54,153 nucleotides of DNA, taken from a virus (Duplodnaviria; Caudoviricetes). Below, in pieces: positions 1 to 10,977 of the stretch. The DNA lies in the IMG/VR virus record IMGVR_UViG_3300009181_000094, positions 1-54,153 of that record. The stretch is one strand, 5' to 3'. The translations under genes were made by a program, and so were the position numbers. The notes beneath the pieces were generated by a model. It was not told the DNA's origin, did no database searches, and saw only the letters and a program-made list of their open reading frames with translations. Positions within the stretch are counted from its first letter, which is position 1, and the number at the start of each line of letters is the position of its first letter.

Positions 1-449
1 ATATCAACACTGCTGGCATAATGTCAAGCACTGGCAATGCCATACATGGCAATATTACCACAGCCGGATTAATTAGTGCCACAGGCAACGTCACAGGTGG
101 CAATCTAAGTGGCACCAGCATTGTGGGCACGTTGACCACAGCCGTACAAAACAACATCACCAGCATAGGCACACTGAGCAGCTTGTCAGTTACAGGCAAT
201 GTGGTTGGTGGCAACATCAATACTGCTGGATTGGTATCAGTCACAGGCAACATAACCGGCGGTAATCTAAACGCAGTAGGATTGAGTTTGAGTGGCAATG
301 TAATCAGTGCAATCAATCTCACAGCAAACATTACAACAACAGCCAATGTCAATGCCAATAATATCAGTGCTACCACAGCGATAAATATTGCAGGAGCACG
401 GGTAGCAACATTGGATGACGCGGCTGCATTGGCATTAGCATTAGGATAA
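1..449 (+). CDS. Tail fiber-like virion protein, C-terminal part (truncated at window start)
   Basis: Frame is open from position 3 (INTAGIM...). It has GN(I/V)TGGN(L/I) repeats like those in the 785..4789 protein. Confidence 0.7.
   Translation, partial: INTAGIMSSTGNAIHGNITTAGLISATGNVTGGNLSGTSIVGTLTTAVQNNITSIGTLSSLSVTGNVVGGNINTAGLVSVTGNITGGNLNAVGLSLSGNVISAINLTANITTTANVNANNISATTAINIAGARVATLDDAAALALALG
96..182 (+). repeat. 87-bp direct repeat, copy 1 (copy 2 at 4103-4189, in a different gene)
   Basis: Both copies start GGTGGCAATCTAAGTGGCACCAGCATTGTGGGCAC and encode GGNLSGTSIVGTLTTA(V/A)QNNITS(I/V)GTLSS, with few mismatches. Confidence 0.9.
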
Positions 450-452
450 CAA

Positions 453-785
453 ATGGCAAATACTTTTACACGAAAAACTCAACAAAATATAGGTGCAACA
501 GCTACCCAAATAGGTGCTTATACAGTGCCTTCGGCTACAACTACTATTGTGATTGGGTTGACTTGCACCAATACCACAGGCAGCGCAATCACAGCCAATG
601 TATATCTGGCCAATGCCACCGCCAACACTTATATTGTGGCCAATGCACCTATCAGTTCAGGAGCTTCACTAATTCCTGTGGGCGGCGATCAAAAGATTGT
701 GATGATCACTGGGGACAAAATGTATGTTCAAAGCAGTGCAGCCACCAGTATTGATACAGTAATGAGCATAATGGAAATCACCTAA
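453..785 (+). CDS. Small virion structural/fiber-associated protein
   Basis: AGGA SD. 110 aa, beta-rich, lies between fiber genes, TAATG coupling to the next gene. Confidence 0.55.
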   Translation: MANTFTRKTQQNIGATATQIGAYTVPSATTTIVIGLTCTNTTGSAITANVYLANATANTYIVANAPISSGASLIPVGGDQKIVMITGDKMYVQSSAATSIDTVMSIMEIT

Positions 786-3700
786 TGAGCTATCTTGGTC
801 TTCAACCCAACACGCCACTGCTGAATACCAGCACCCAAACGTTCAGTGGTAACAGTGTGGCCACACAGTTTACGTTGGCCAGATCAGTAGCGTCTGCAGC
901 AGACCTAGATGTCATGATTGGCAGCACACTACAAAGACCTTTTACAGATTATGTTGCTGGCAACATAAGTTTGCAGTTTACTAGTGCGCCAACTGCTGGC
1001 GCAAACAACATCACTGTGACCTATCGTGGCGGTGCACTCAACAGTTTGAATTTGTCAGCATCAGTGTTCAATGCAGGCACAGTGGCAGCACCCAGTGTGG
1101 TGAGTCTGGCTGCCAACAACACTGGTTTGTATTGGGCCAATGCCAGTTCAATGAGTGTCACAGTGAGCGGCACCAATCGTGCTACTTTCAGTGCCAATGC
1201 CACTGCAATCAGCACAGACACCGGAGCCCTGCGTGTAAACGGCGGACTTGGAGTTGGGGGTAATACCATCATTGGTGGCAATGTGGTAATTGGTGACACT
1301 ACTCAAAGCACCAGCGTATCAACTGGCGCATTCAAGCTCAGTGGCGGCGCTGGTATTGTTGGTAATTTGAATGTGGGCGGCGACATCACCTGCGTGGGCG
1401 ACTTTACTGTCAACGGCACATTTACCACAACAGGCACAGACAGTTTATCAGTGACTGATCCTTTTATCTTTTTGGCCAATGCCAATCCTGGTGACACCTA
1501 TGACACTGGTGTGGTCTCGCAATACTATGATGGAGCCAACACACGTTATACTGGTTATTTCCGTGACATCACAGTGAACAAATACAAGTTGTTTGGCAAC
1601 TTGCTAACACAGCCAACCACAACAGTAGACACAACCGATCCTAGTTTTCAATATCAAGATTTGATTTTGGCCAACTTGAGTGCCACTGGCAATGTGAGTG
1701 GCACTTATTTGTTGGGCAACGGCAGTTTGCTCACTGGTATTTCAACTACCAGTAGCAATATCTTTAGTGGCAACACCAGTGTCTCTATACCTGCTGTGAA
1801 TGGCAATGTGAATGCTGTGATCAACAGCACTCAAATAGCCAACATATGGTCAGGCGGTATTTCAGTGGTTGGTGCAGTGACTGCATCTACCACAATCAGT
1901 GGTGCAGGCAACATCACTGGTGGCAACATAGCCACTGCAGGCTTGATCACGGCCACAGGCAATGTGACCAGTGCAGGTAATGTCAGTGCAGGCAATGTGC
2001 TGACTGGCGGAGTAGTCAGTGCGGTGGGCAACGCCACTGGCGGCAATGTAAATGCTGTGACGGCAGTCAGCGCAGGTGGCAATGTGATTGGCGGCAACAT
2101 CAAAACTGCTGGTATTTTATCAGCTGTTGGAGATGCATACGGTAACAACCTCAGTGCAGTCAACAACATAACTGCTGGATTGAATATCAGTGCCACAGGA
2201 GATGTCTCTGGACAAAATGTATACAGTCTGGGTGTGGTGTCTGCAGTAGGCAATGTCACAGGCAGCTACATCTTTGGCAATGGATCGCAACTGACCGGCA
2301 TTGACGCTACCAGCATACAAAATGGCAACAGCAATGTGCGAGTGTATGGCAACAGCAATGTTGCTGTAAGTATAACCAGCATTGCAAACGTAGTAGTATG
2401 GGCTACGTCAGGTGAGTATGTCACTGGGTTGATTAGTGCAACAGGCAACATAACTGGTGGCAATCTAATCACTGCAAATTTGGTGCAAGGGGCAACACTG
2501 AGTGCCACTGGCGCAGTCACATTCTCGGCCACAACACAAAGTATCGGTATCGGTAACAATCAAAGCACCGGAGCCATAGTGGTGGGTGCCACAGGACAAA
2601 CTGGCGAAATTGCAATTGGACAAAGCACTGCCACCCAAACAGTGAACATTGCCAATGCTGCCACTAGTACTGCTAACACCAAAACAGTAAATATTGGCCA
2701 AGGCGGTCTTGCAGGATCTACCACAAACATCAATGTAGGCCCAGTTAGTGCTACCACAGCCGCTGGCCTAGTAACATTTAATTCAGCCACCAGAGTGGCC
2801 ATTGCCAACACAGGTGCGTCGGCATTGAGCGTGGCTGGCAACATCACCGGCGGTAATGTGCTGTTTGGCACAGGTATTGTAAGTGGAACCGGTAATATCA
2901 CTGGTGGCAACTTGATTACCAGCGCCGCAATATCAGCGGCTTCAGTCAGTGCCAGTGCCAATATCACTGGTGGTAATTTGATTACCAGCGCCGCAATATC
3001 AGCGGCTTCAGTCAGTGCCAGTGCAAACATTGTTGGTGGCAACATCAACTACGGTTCAGGTATAGTGTCAGGAACTGGCAATATCACAGCAGGCACAGCC
3101 AATATTTCGGGTGGCAACTTGATTGGCACACTGGTTGGCAACGTTACTGGAACCACAGTGTCGGTCAGCGGTAATGTAATTGCTGGCAATTTAAACGCAG
3201 CCGGATTGAGTTTGAGTTCAAACGTGGTAAGTCAAATCACTACCACTGCCAACATCACAGGATCAAACATCATTGCCACAGCCGCAATGAGTGCCGCTTC
3301 AGTTAGCGCAAGTGCTAATATCACAGGCGGCAACTTAATAACATCAGCCGCAATATCAGCAGCATCAGTTAGTGCGTCGGGCAACATCACTGGCGGCAAT
3401 GTGCTGGGCGGAGCCAATGTCAATGCCACATTATTCACAGGCACTACAATTAGTGTAACTGGTAATATTACCGGTGGTAATCTTATTGTATCTGGAATAT
3501 TAGTTGACAATACTGGCAATCTTGATTTGCAGGCCACTGCAACAAACGCCAATATCAATCTAACACCCGCCGGCACTGGTATTGTTGGTATATCGACTTC
3601 ACTCAGTGTCACTGGCAACATCACTGGCGGTAATGTGTTGGGTGGCGCCAATGTCAATGCTACCACACATACTGGAACCACTGTAAGCGTCACTGGCAAC

Positions 3701-4789
3701 ATCACTGGTGGCAATGTTTTGGGCGGCGCCAATGTCAATGCCACACTGTTCACTGGAACTACAGTCAGTGTAGCAGGTAATGTCACTGGTGGCAATTTGA
3801 TTACAGCAGCCGCAATAAGTGCTGCGTCAGTTAGTGCATCAGGCACAGTAACTGGTAGTGGATTTGTTGCTACAGGTGCTACTGTAATAACAGCCAACGT
3901 GACCAATGCTGGCATGGAGTTGGGATTATTAAACGCAGTCAACACACCATACATTGATTTTCACAGTAGTGGTAATGCCACTGCTGATTATGACACAAGA
4001 ATTAGTTCTGGTGGCGGTGGAGCCACAGGCACAGGCACATTGAGTTTGACTGGAGCAGTTGTTACTGCAAGTGCAATTTTATCAGCCATTGGCAATATTG
4101 TTGGTGGCAATCTAAGTGGCACCAGCATTGTGGGCACACTGACCACAGCCGCACAAAACAACATTACCAGCGTGGGCACATTGAGCAGCCTAGCAGTAAC
4201 TGCCAACGTCACAGGTGGAAATATACTCACAGGTGGACTAATATCAGCAACTGGTGCAATAACTGGGGCGGCTATTACTGGTAGCAGTTTAACGGTGTCA
4301 ACTGGCAACATTGCTGGTGGTAACATCAACAACAACAACACCACTGGGGTGGGCAACATTGGTACTTCTACAGTGGCATTCAATACTGTGTTTGCCAAAG
4401 CAACATCTGCACAATACGCTGACTTGGCAGAATGGTATGAAGCAGATGCTGAGTATCCTCCGGGCACTGTGTTGATATTTGGCGGCAGCAAAGAAGTCAC
4501 CCAGGCCATTGGCATTGGTGATGTGCGTGTGGCAGGTGTGGTTTCTACAAATCCGGCACACATCATGAATTCAGGACTTGAAGCCGAACACACAGCAGCC
4601 GTGGCATTAACAGGTCGTGTGCCCACAATGGTAGTTGGCGCAGTGCGAAAAGGCGACATGATGGTCACAGCCGGCGGAGGACGAGCACAAGCCTGTGCAG
4701 AACCTAGAATGGGTGCAGTAATTGGTAAATCGCTGCAGGATCATCCAGGTGGGCAAGGCATGATTGAAATTGTTGTAGGAAGATTATAA
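785..4789 (+). CDS. Long tail fiber protein with C-terminal intramolecular chaperone/autocleavage domain
   Basis: 1334 aa with dozens of GN(I/V)TGGN repeats. The C-terminal AQYADLAEWY...GTVLIFGG...VALTGRVP...KGD resembles the peptidase G2/IMC chaperone domain of phage fibers. Confidence 0.8.
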   Translation: MSYLGLQPNTPLLNTSTQTFSGNSVATQFTLARSVASAADLDVMIGSTLQRPFTDYVAGNISLQFTSAPTAGANNITVTYRGGALNSLNLSASVFNAGTVAAPSVVSLAANNTGLYWANASSMSVTVSGTNRATFSANATAISTDTGALRVNGGLGVGGNTIIGGNVVIGDTTQSTSVSTGAFKLSGGAGIVGNLNVGGDITCVGDFTVNGTFTTTGTDSLSVTDPFIFLANANPGDTYDTGVVSQYYDGANTRYTGYFRDITVNKYKLFGNLLTQPTTTVDTTDPSFQYQDLILANLSATGNVSGTYLLGNGSLLTGISTTSSNIFSGNTSVSIPAVNGNVNAVINSTQIANIWSGGISVVGAVTASTTISGAGNITGGNIATAGLITATGNVTSAGNVSAGNVLTGGVVSAVGNATGGNVNAVTAVSAGGNVIGGNIKTAGILSAVGDAYGNNLSAVNNITAGLNISATGDVSGQNVYSLGVVSAVGNVTGSYIFGNGSQLTGIDATSIQNGNSNVRVYGNSNVAVSITSIANVVVWATSGEYVTGLISATGNITGGNLITANLVQGATLSATGAVTFSATTQSIGIGNNQSTGAIVVGATGQTGEIAIGQSTATQTVNIANAATSTANTKTVNIGQGGLAGSTTNINVGPVSATTAAGLVTFNSATRVAIANTGASALSVAGNITGGNVLFGTGIVSGTGNITGGNLITSAAISAASVSASANITGGNLITSAAISAASVSASANIVGGNINYGSGIVSGTGNITAGTANISGGNLIGTLVGNVTGTTVSVSGNVIAGNLNAAGLSLSSNVVSQITTTANITGSNIIATAAMSAASVSASANITGGNLITSAAISAASVSASGNITGGNVLGGANVNATLFTGTTISVTGNITGGNLIVSGILVDNTGNLDLQATATNANINLTPAGTGIVGISTSLSVTGNITGGNVLGGANVNATTHTGTTVSVTGNITGGNVLGGANVNATLFTGTTVSVAGNVTGGNLITAAAISAASVSASGTVTGSGFVATGATVITANVTNAGMELGLLNAVNTPYIDFHSSGNATADYDTRISSGGGGATGTGTLSLTGAVVTASAILSAIGNIVGGNLSGTSIVGTLTTAAQNNITSVGTLSSLAVTANVTGGNILTGGLISATGAITGAAITGSSLTVSTGNIAGGNINNNNTTGVGNIGTSTVAFNTVFAKATSAQYADLAEWYEADAEYPPGTVLIFGGSKEVTQAIGIGDVRVAGVVSTNPAHIMNSGLEAEHTAAVALTGRVPTMVVGAVRKGDMMVTAGGGRAQACAEPRMGAVIGKSLQDHPGGQGMIEIVVGRL
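2894..3025 (+). repeat. Tandem 66-bp in-frame duplication in the fiber gene
   Basis: NITGGNLITSAAISAASVSASA is encoded twice almost identically (2894-2959, 2960-3025). More diverged copies lie near 3317 and 3779. Confidence 0.9.
4103..4189 (+). repeat. 87-bp direct repeat, copy 2
   Basis: Near-identical to 96-182. Confidence 0.9.
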
Positions 4790-5181
4790 TGAGTTACTTG
4801 GGAAATTCACCGCAGATTGGTCAGTATCGTAAAATGGACAATTTGACCTTTGACGGCGTACAACAGACATTTGACATCAACATCAGTGGCGTGCCTTTTA
4901 ATCCTCCCACAGCTTATGCCATGATGGTGAGTTTGAATGGCGTGGTACTAAATCCTGGTGTGAATTTTTCAATATCAGGATCACAAATCAGTTTTGCAAC
5001 ACCGCCTGCGGCATTAACACCGTTCTTTGGACTGTTGTTCGGAGATACACTATATACAGGCACACCCAGCGATGCCACTGTTACCAACAGCAAAATTGCA
5101 CAGGGTACGATCGATTACGACCGATTCAGTGTCAACACTCAAGCAACGTTGACAGCAAATCAAATCATATTTGGAGTTTAA
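4789..5181 (+). CDS. Virion structural protein (fiber/baseplate-associated)
   Basis: The MSYLGN start and TF...MVSLNGVVLNP...ISFATPP domain resemble the N-terminus of 785..4789 (MSYLG...VMIGSTLQRP...LQFTSAP). Confidence 0.6.
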   Translation: MSYLGNSPQIGQYRKMDNLTFDGVQQTFDINISGVPFNPPTAYAMMVSLNGVVLNPGVNFSISGSQISFATPPAALTPFFGLLFGDTLYTGTPSDATVTNSKIAQGTIDYDRFSVNTQATLTANQIIFGV

Positions 5182-5184
5182 GAA

Positions 5185-8100
5185 ATGGCAAGAAAAAGAA
5201 TATACGAGTACGTATTCACACCAGGCACAGCAGGTCTAGGCACTATACAAGTCCAGGATCGTATCAACCTGGAGGACTTCTTGGCCATATACGATACCAC
5301 AACCAACACATCAATCTACAACTTTGGAGCACCCACACAAGGTGGTACAGTAAGTTGGAGTTCAGGCACCATTGCTGGGTTGCCCACAGCCTATGCAGGT
5401 GTTACCACACTGAACTTGGACTTGGACACCAGCAGTCTAAGCGCCAATGACAAATTGGCCATTTATGTGGAATCACGTGAACTCGGCGTACAACCTTGGG
5501 AATTTGGCATGGATGCCATTGGACGTGAACGTGTGAGCAATCCAGAGAGTTTGATTGACGCTGACTTTGAATATGGTTTGCAAAATACCAAATGGTAAAA
5601 CGTCAGCACTATCAACAACATTCCTAGTTTCTACGAAGATGTTGGTGCAGATTTAGTATACAACACCAATGGATATGCCACATTGTTGAGCAGCACCAAT
5701 TTGCTGACCAGCAATGCTGATACCAGTATCAACACAGCCGATGCTGGAACGCCGCCCTGGATCACCAACGATTATGCATTGATGATCAGCCAAACACAAG
5801 GCAACGTCACACCTTTTGTTACCAGTTATCTCACTGCCAATGTCAACAGTTCAGCAGAACGCACATTCACTGTGGCCAGCACAACTGGTGTTACTGCACT
5901 AGATAATATCATGCTGATTGGATTGCCTACCTCGGGTGGCACAACCACAGCAGTCAGTGCCATCACCAGCAATGCCACAACCACAGTCAATGTGGCCAGT
6001 GCTTCCGGTGCTGGTATTGTGGCTGGCACATACATCATTGTACAAACAGATACTACCAATATATACGAACTCATGGCAGTGACTTCAGTATCAACTAATC
6101 AACTCACAGTTGTGCGCCAAAGCAATGGCACCAATTCTTCATCTGCCAATATTGCCACAGGCAAAAACGTTTTTGTTGCCAGCACAATTGAAGTGGCACA
6201 AGTGCAAGAAGTTACAGATTCAACCACACTGCAACTGAACCGTGGATGGTATAATATTTCTGCAGCTAATTCTTTTGTGACAGGTTCAGTGTTTCAAAAG
6301 TTGAGCAGTAATGTGGAATTGGTCAAAATGACCACTGTCAGCACAGCGGTGAATGGCACACAAACCATTAGTCGCACACAATTCAACACCACAGGATTGA
6401 CCACTGCAGGTGTTGGGTCACCCTTGATTCGTATGACTGGTATGTTCTACGGTGGATCAAACACCATTCCCACTGTCACAGTCAACGTTACAGACACTCC
6501 ATTGACTGCCAACGAATACAGCAGCACACAAAACACTTCAGCCACCAATGCTGAAGGTATCAACATTGTGTATTTGGGGGAAACCAATAACTTTGCTTAC
6601 TACCCACGCAGATCGGTTGCAGTAGCGCCCGGCTATCCGCTGAATCAAACTGACACTTCCATACGTCAAGCATTTCCATATACCGGTGCTGACTTTGACA
6701 TTGCGTCAATGGCCAGTGATGGCGGCAATCCCAGTATTATCACAGTGACCACGCTGTATGCACATGGTTTGTTTCCAGGATGTCCAATTGTTGTGGACAT
6801 GACTGGTGGTACCAACACTGAATATGCCGAAGGGTCGTTTATTATCACAGCCATTCCCAGCACCACCACATTCCAATTTACAGCCAGAACAGGTGCTGTG
6901 GTCAGTGGTACTTTGACAGCCAATATCAACGTGCGAAGCAATGCTGTGTTCCAATCAAGACCGTTTGATGGCGGTGTGTTAATGGGTCCCGGCACACCCA
7001 CCCGTGGAGCAAGTGCAACTCGTGTGACCAAAAAATACTTCCGCTACCAATCTGGTAAAGGCATCTTCTTCAGCACTGGAACTGTGTTAGCACCTACCTT
7101 GGACGTGGCCAATGTTACATCTAGTGGTACTGTTGTCAACAGCAACATCACAATCACCACTGACATTGAGCACGGTCTCAACGCTGGCGCAACTATTACT
7201 CTAAGTGGTGTTACCACATCAGGATACAATGCCACAGGATACATTGTTACAAGTATAACCAGCGACACTGCATTTGTGGTGCAAGCACAAGGCACACTGG
7301 GCAGTGCAACTCCTGTGTTGGGGCAACAGCCTAGAATTAATGTCACTGCGTGGCATGGGGCAAGTATTAGAGCTGGGTTGTTTGACGACCAGAACGGCTT
7401 GTTCTGGGAAAATGACGGTATCACAGTGAATGCGGTGCAACGTTCAAGCACGTTCCAAACAGCAGGCCTGGTCAGTGTCAGTGTTGGTTCCAACCTTGTG
7501 ACCGGTGATGGAAACTGTCGTTTCCAAGATCAACTCAACGTGGGCGACGTTGTGGTCATACGTGGTATGACACACAGTGTGGCTTCAATCACCAACAACA
7601 ATCGTATGACAGTGGTACCCACATTCCGTGGGGTGACGAATCAAGTTCGTGTGAAAATGGCCTTGCGCAACGAAATTCGTGTGCGTCAAGCAAACTTCAA
7701 CATTGATCCACTCAACGGCACCGGCGCATCTGGATTCACACTTGATGCCAGCAAAATGCAGATGTATGCATTGGAATATTCCTGGTACGGTGCTGGTACA
7801 GTTATTTGGATGTTGCGTGGACAAGATGGGCGTTTCAATCATGCACACCGTCGTCCCAACAACAATTTGAACAATGAAGCATACATGCGTTCAGGTAATT
7901 TGCCTGCACGTTATGAAGCTATAAATGAAACTCCTACGAGTTCACTGAATGGCGCAATTACCAATAGTCAAACCACAATTACTCTGGTTGATGCCACAGA
8001 CTACCCACCAGCGTCGGTAACATATCCTGCGTATGTGATGATTGACAGTGAAGTCATAAAGTATTCAGGTAAAAATGGCAACGACTTGACTGGTTGTACA

Positions 8101-9141
8101 CGTGCCGCAACATTTACACAATGGGCCGAAGGACAAAGCCGCAGTTATACCAGTTCAGCAGCCACAACACATGCTGACAATGCAGGTGTTATATTGATCA
8201 GTAACACTTGTGTGCCCTTGGTAAGTCACTGGGGTAGTGCAGTTATCATGGACGGCAATTTCAACGGTGACGAGGGCTTTGCATTTACATACAACAGAAG
8301 CAACTATGGTTTGCCAGCTACAGTTGGTGCCAGCCAAACAGCGTTTTTGATGCGATTGGCTCCTAGTGTGTCAAACGGTGTTATTGGTGACTTGGGAGTG
8401 CGTGATCTTATCAATCGTGCTCAGTTGACACTGCAAACACTCACAGTCAACGTCAGTGCAGGACGATACTTGGTGACAGGTATTTTGAACCCCAACAACA
8501 TTGACTCAGCCAATACCACCTGGTCAGGACTGAACAATGCGGGTGGTGGCTTCCAGCCCAGTTTCTCACAGTTTGCTGTGGCTCCGCGTTATTCAAACGA
8601 AACCACAGGTGGCGTCCAAGCTGCTCCACTAAACACCACAGGTGGTTTTGCACGGTCAGGTGTTATGACTTCGGGCAGTTCTGTTAGAACGTATTCTGGA
8701 TTGAGCCTAACCAATGTGTCAAGTTCAGGTTCAGGTGCCAACGTCACTGTAACATTGCAAGCATTGAAAACTGTTTACAGTGATACCACAACTGCTATTA
8801 CCATTCAAAATCCTGGCACAGGTTATGCTGTGGGCGACACTGTGAAGATTCTTGGAAATGTATTAGGTGGAAGCACCACTGCAAATGATTTGTTCTTGAC
8901 AGTGGCTGCGGTATCAGCCGATATCACCGGAGGCGAAAGATTGTTTGCTATCCCAATTCAGTCCACAGGTGTTAATAATTTGGACTTGACACAGATCAAA
9001 CAGATTGGACAAAGTTCAATTCCTGGAACAGGCACCTATCCCAATGGACCAGAAGTATTGGCTGTAGTGATCACTGCATTGAGCACACAATCAGCACCAG
9101 TGGGCGAAATTCAGTTGAGTTTCCAGGAAAGCCAGGCCTAA
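5185..9141 (+). CDS. Large virion structural protein (~1318 aa) interrupted by one in-frame TAA at 5596-5598
   Basis: ORFs 5185..5598 and 5683..9141 share a frame, and the gap reads open (NVSTINNIPSFYEDVG...). GGAG SD at 5185. Thr/Ser/Gly-rich beta repeats with TTxxxHGL motifs. Confidence 0.7.
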
Positions 9142-9563
9142 GAACTCAAAGCAAGATATCTCTCTACAGTGTCTATCTTGCTTTGCACAGCTTCAATATT
9201 CACAGTTGACCATAAGCCAGGGTGCATGGGTCTAGGCCATTGACCACGATCAATCCAGGCGTAGCCCAGGTGTTCATCATTTAACACTGGCACAAATTCG
9301 TCAGCAACAACACACACCCAGGTGTTGTATTCAAACTGGCTGTCCGATGACGTAAATTTTTCTAGTGGAACCAAGCGTTGATATTCAGGCATTGAGCCTA
9401 GTTCTTCGATGCACTCACGTTCCATGGCACCCAGCAGTGTTTCTCCAGATTCTACCTTGCCACCAGGCAGTCCCCATGATCCAGGATGGCGTGTGTCGTT
9501 GCGCAAGAGATATAGATAACGTCCAGTGGCACTGCTACGAAACCAAACGCCAACGGCTTTCAC
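9138..9563 (-). CDS. Nudix hydrolase
   Basis: Nudix box GGKVESGETLLGAMERECIEELG. Likely GTG start at 9563 overlapping the upstream stop (GTGA). Confidence 0.9.
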   Translation of the reverse strand: MKAVGVWFRSSATGRYLYLLRNDTRHPGSWGLPGGKVESGETLLGAMERECIEELGSMPEYQRLVPLEKFTSSDSQFEYNTWVCVVADEFVPVLNDEHLGYAWIDRGQWPRPMHPGLWSTVNIEAVQSKIDTVERYLALSS

Positions 9564-10963
9564 AGTACGATCCTCCAGGTGCCTCCAACGTATACACCTT
9601 GATAACTTTTGATCCATGCATCGCCAGCCCAACGATACTGTATGCCTGTGGTGATATTTGTAACATATTGTGTGCTGTTGGTTTCAGTGGCAGCACGAAA
9701 CACCACATGCCAGTAGTTGTTGCTATATTCAATAATGTCATTGGCCTGTGCCACAAGTCCACGACCGTTCGCACCTACCCATGCTTGAGCAGGGTCAGTA
9801 TTGTTGACTGATCCTGTGTCTTCGGTCAACAAATATCGTTGCCCTTCCAAGGCAGAATCTAAACCGTCGCCAGGACCTGATGTCAGTGGATTGATAACAG
9901 CATCAATAGGATCTAGTGTATTTTGCGGGGTAGTATCAATGTCAACATTATACAGCATGAATCTGTCATCGTTAGGGTCAAGTGCAATGGTGCCAATTAC
10001 TTCAGTGCCGTCAGGTTGTTCCAAACATATTTGACTCACACCAGGTCGAAGTGTGCCATACAGGTCTACCACAGTCGGCCACAACAAGTTGGAGTCTGGA
10101 ATAATTATTGTGGGATCTAGTTCTGCGTTGTTGGGTTCTTCAACCACAGATCTTTGTTGCAAACATTGTATTTTGTTGTTAACCAGGACCACGGCCCAGT
10201 TGTAAGGTGTGATAACTTGTCTGGTGCCCAGTAATAAATCACTGTCGGTGACTGCATTGTGTAAATCGCCTTGTGCATCATACATTGACGCAATCACACG
10301 TTCTATCACACCCAGTTTCTTGACCTTGGCTGGACTCGACAACCAAATTGGCATGCTAAAAGTCAATGTGGCAACGTCAATAGGATTTTCTGTGCCAATA
10401 GGAATAGTTCTGCTGGTCCATGCAGTTCTATCCAGATACATCACACTCAGGCTGGTCCAGTCAATGTAGTTGTCAGTGCTTTGAATTTCTAAACTGGGAT
10501 TGAACAGTGTAAGGATCTGCTCTAGCAACTGCAACTTTTGATTGGTATTTGATGTCCAGATATCCAATTGTATTGTGAGCTTGAATGGCACAGGCATCAA
10601 GCGTTCCACTGTGAATGCACTGCCTTGTGTGGTTTCGTAGGTTTCTGTTGCTGAATCATAAGTGCGTTGACGCACATTGATCTTGCTCACAAAGTAAGGC
10701 TCTTGCATGCGACTTTGTTCATAGTCCAAACCAGTGATATAAAATGTCATTAGTGGTGTTGAAGGCAAACTGTTGCGTGAGTTTTCTTGTATGATGGTTT
10801 GCGCATTGCGACTAGCATCACCATAGCGCACAGGCACACGCAACAGCGTGGCAGCGTTTACTCCGTCGTTTTCATTGGCATACTCTACTTGAAAGCCTGA
10901 AAAGATTCTTGTGAACTGCAACAAGAATCTGCGTATTTGTTCATCGTAAAAAAATTGCTGAAT
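9560..10963 (-). CDS. gp15: Tail sheath stabilizer/tail terminator (T4 gp15-like) with C-terminal extension; probable ATT start
   Basis: FFYDEQIRRFLLQF...RVPVRYGD...P.PF.LTIQLDIW...EQILTLFNP motifs; adjacent to gp14. AGGAG SD is 7 nt before ATT at 10963. Confidence 0.75.
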   Translation of the reverse strand: MQQFFYDEQIRRFLLQFTRIFSGFQVEYANENDGVNAATLLRVPVRYGDASRNAQTIIQENSRNSLPSTPLMTFYITGLDYEQSRMQEPYFVSKINVRQRTYDSATETYETTQGSAFTVERLMPVPFKLTIQLDIWTSNTNQKLQLLEQILTLFNPSLEIQSTDNYIDWTSLSVMYLDRTAWTSRTIPIGTENPIDVATLTFSMPIWLSSPAKVKKLGVIERVIASMYDAQGDLHNAVTDSDLLLGTRQVITPYNWAVVLVNNKIQCLQQRSVVEEPNNAELDPTIIIPDSNLLWPTVVDLYGTLRPGVSQICLEQPDGTEVIGTIALDPNDDRFMLYNVDIDTTPQNTLDPIDAVINPLTSGPGDGLDSALEGQRYLLTEDTGSVNNTDPAQAWVGANGRGLVAQANDIIEYSNNYWHVVFRAATETNSTQYVTNITTGIQYRWAGDAWIKSYQGVYVGGTWRIVL

Positions 10964-10977
10964 TTTAATTCTCCTGG

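Noticed and set aside
96-4189. Diversity-generating retroelement TR/VR pair
   Set aside because: Mismatches between the repeat copies are not adenine-specific and are mostly synonymous, both copies are coding, and no reverse transcriptase is present.
1021-8653. Many minus-strand ORFs (60-240 aa) opposite the fiber/structural genes
   Set aside because: They are antisense shadows of repetitive Gly/Asn/Thr codons (LPPV repeats), with no SD, promoter or motif.
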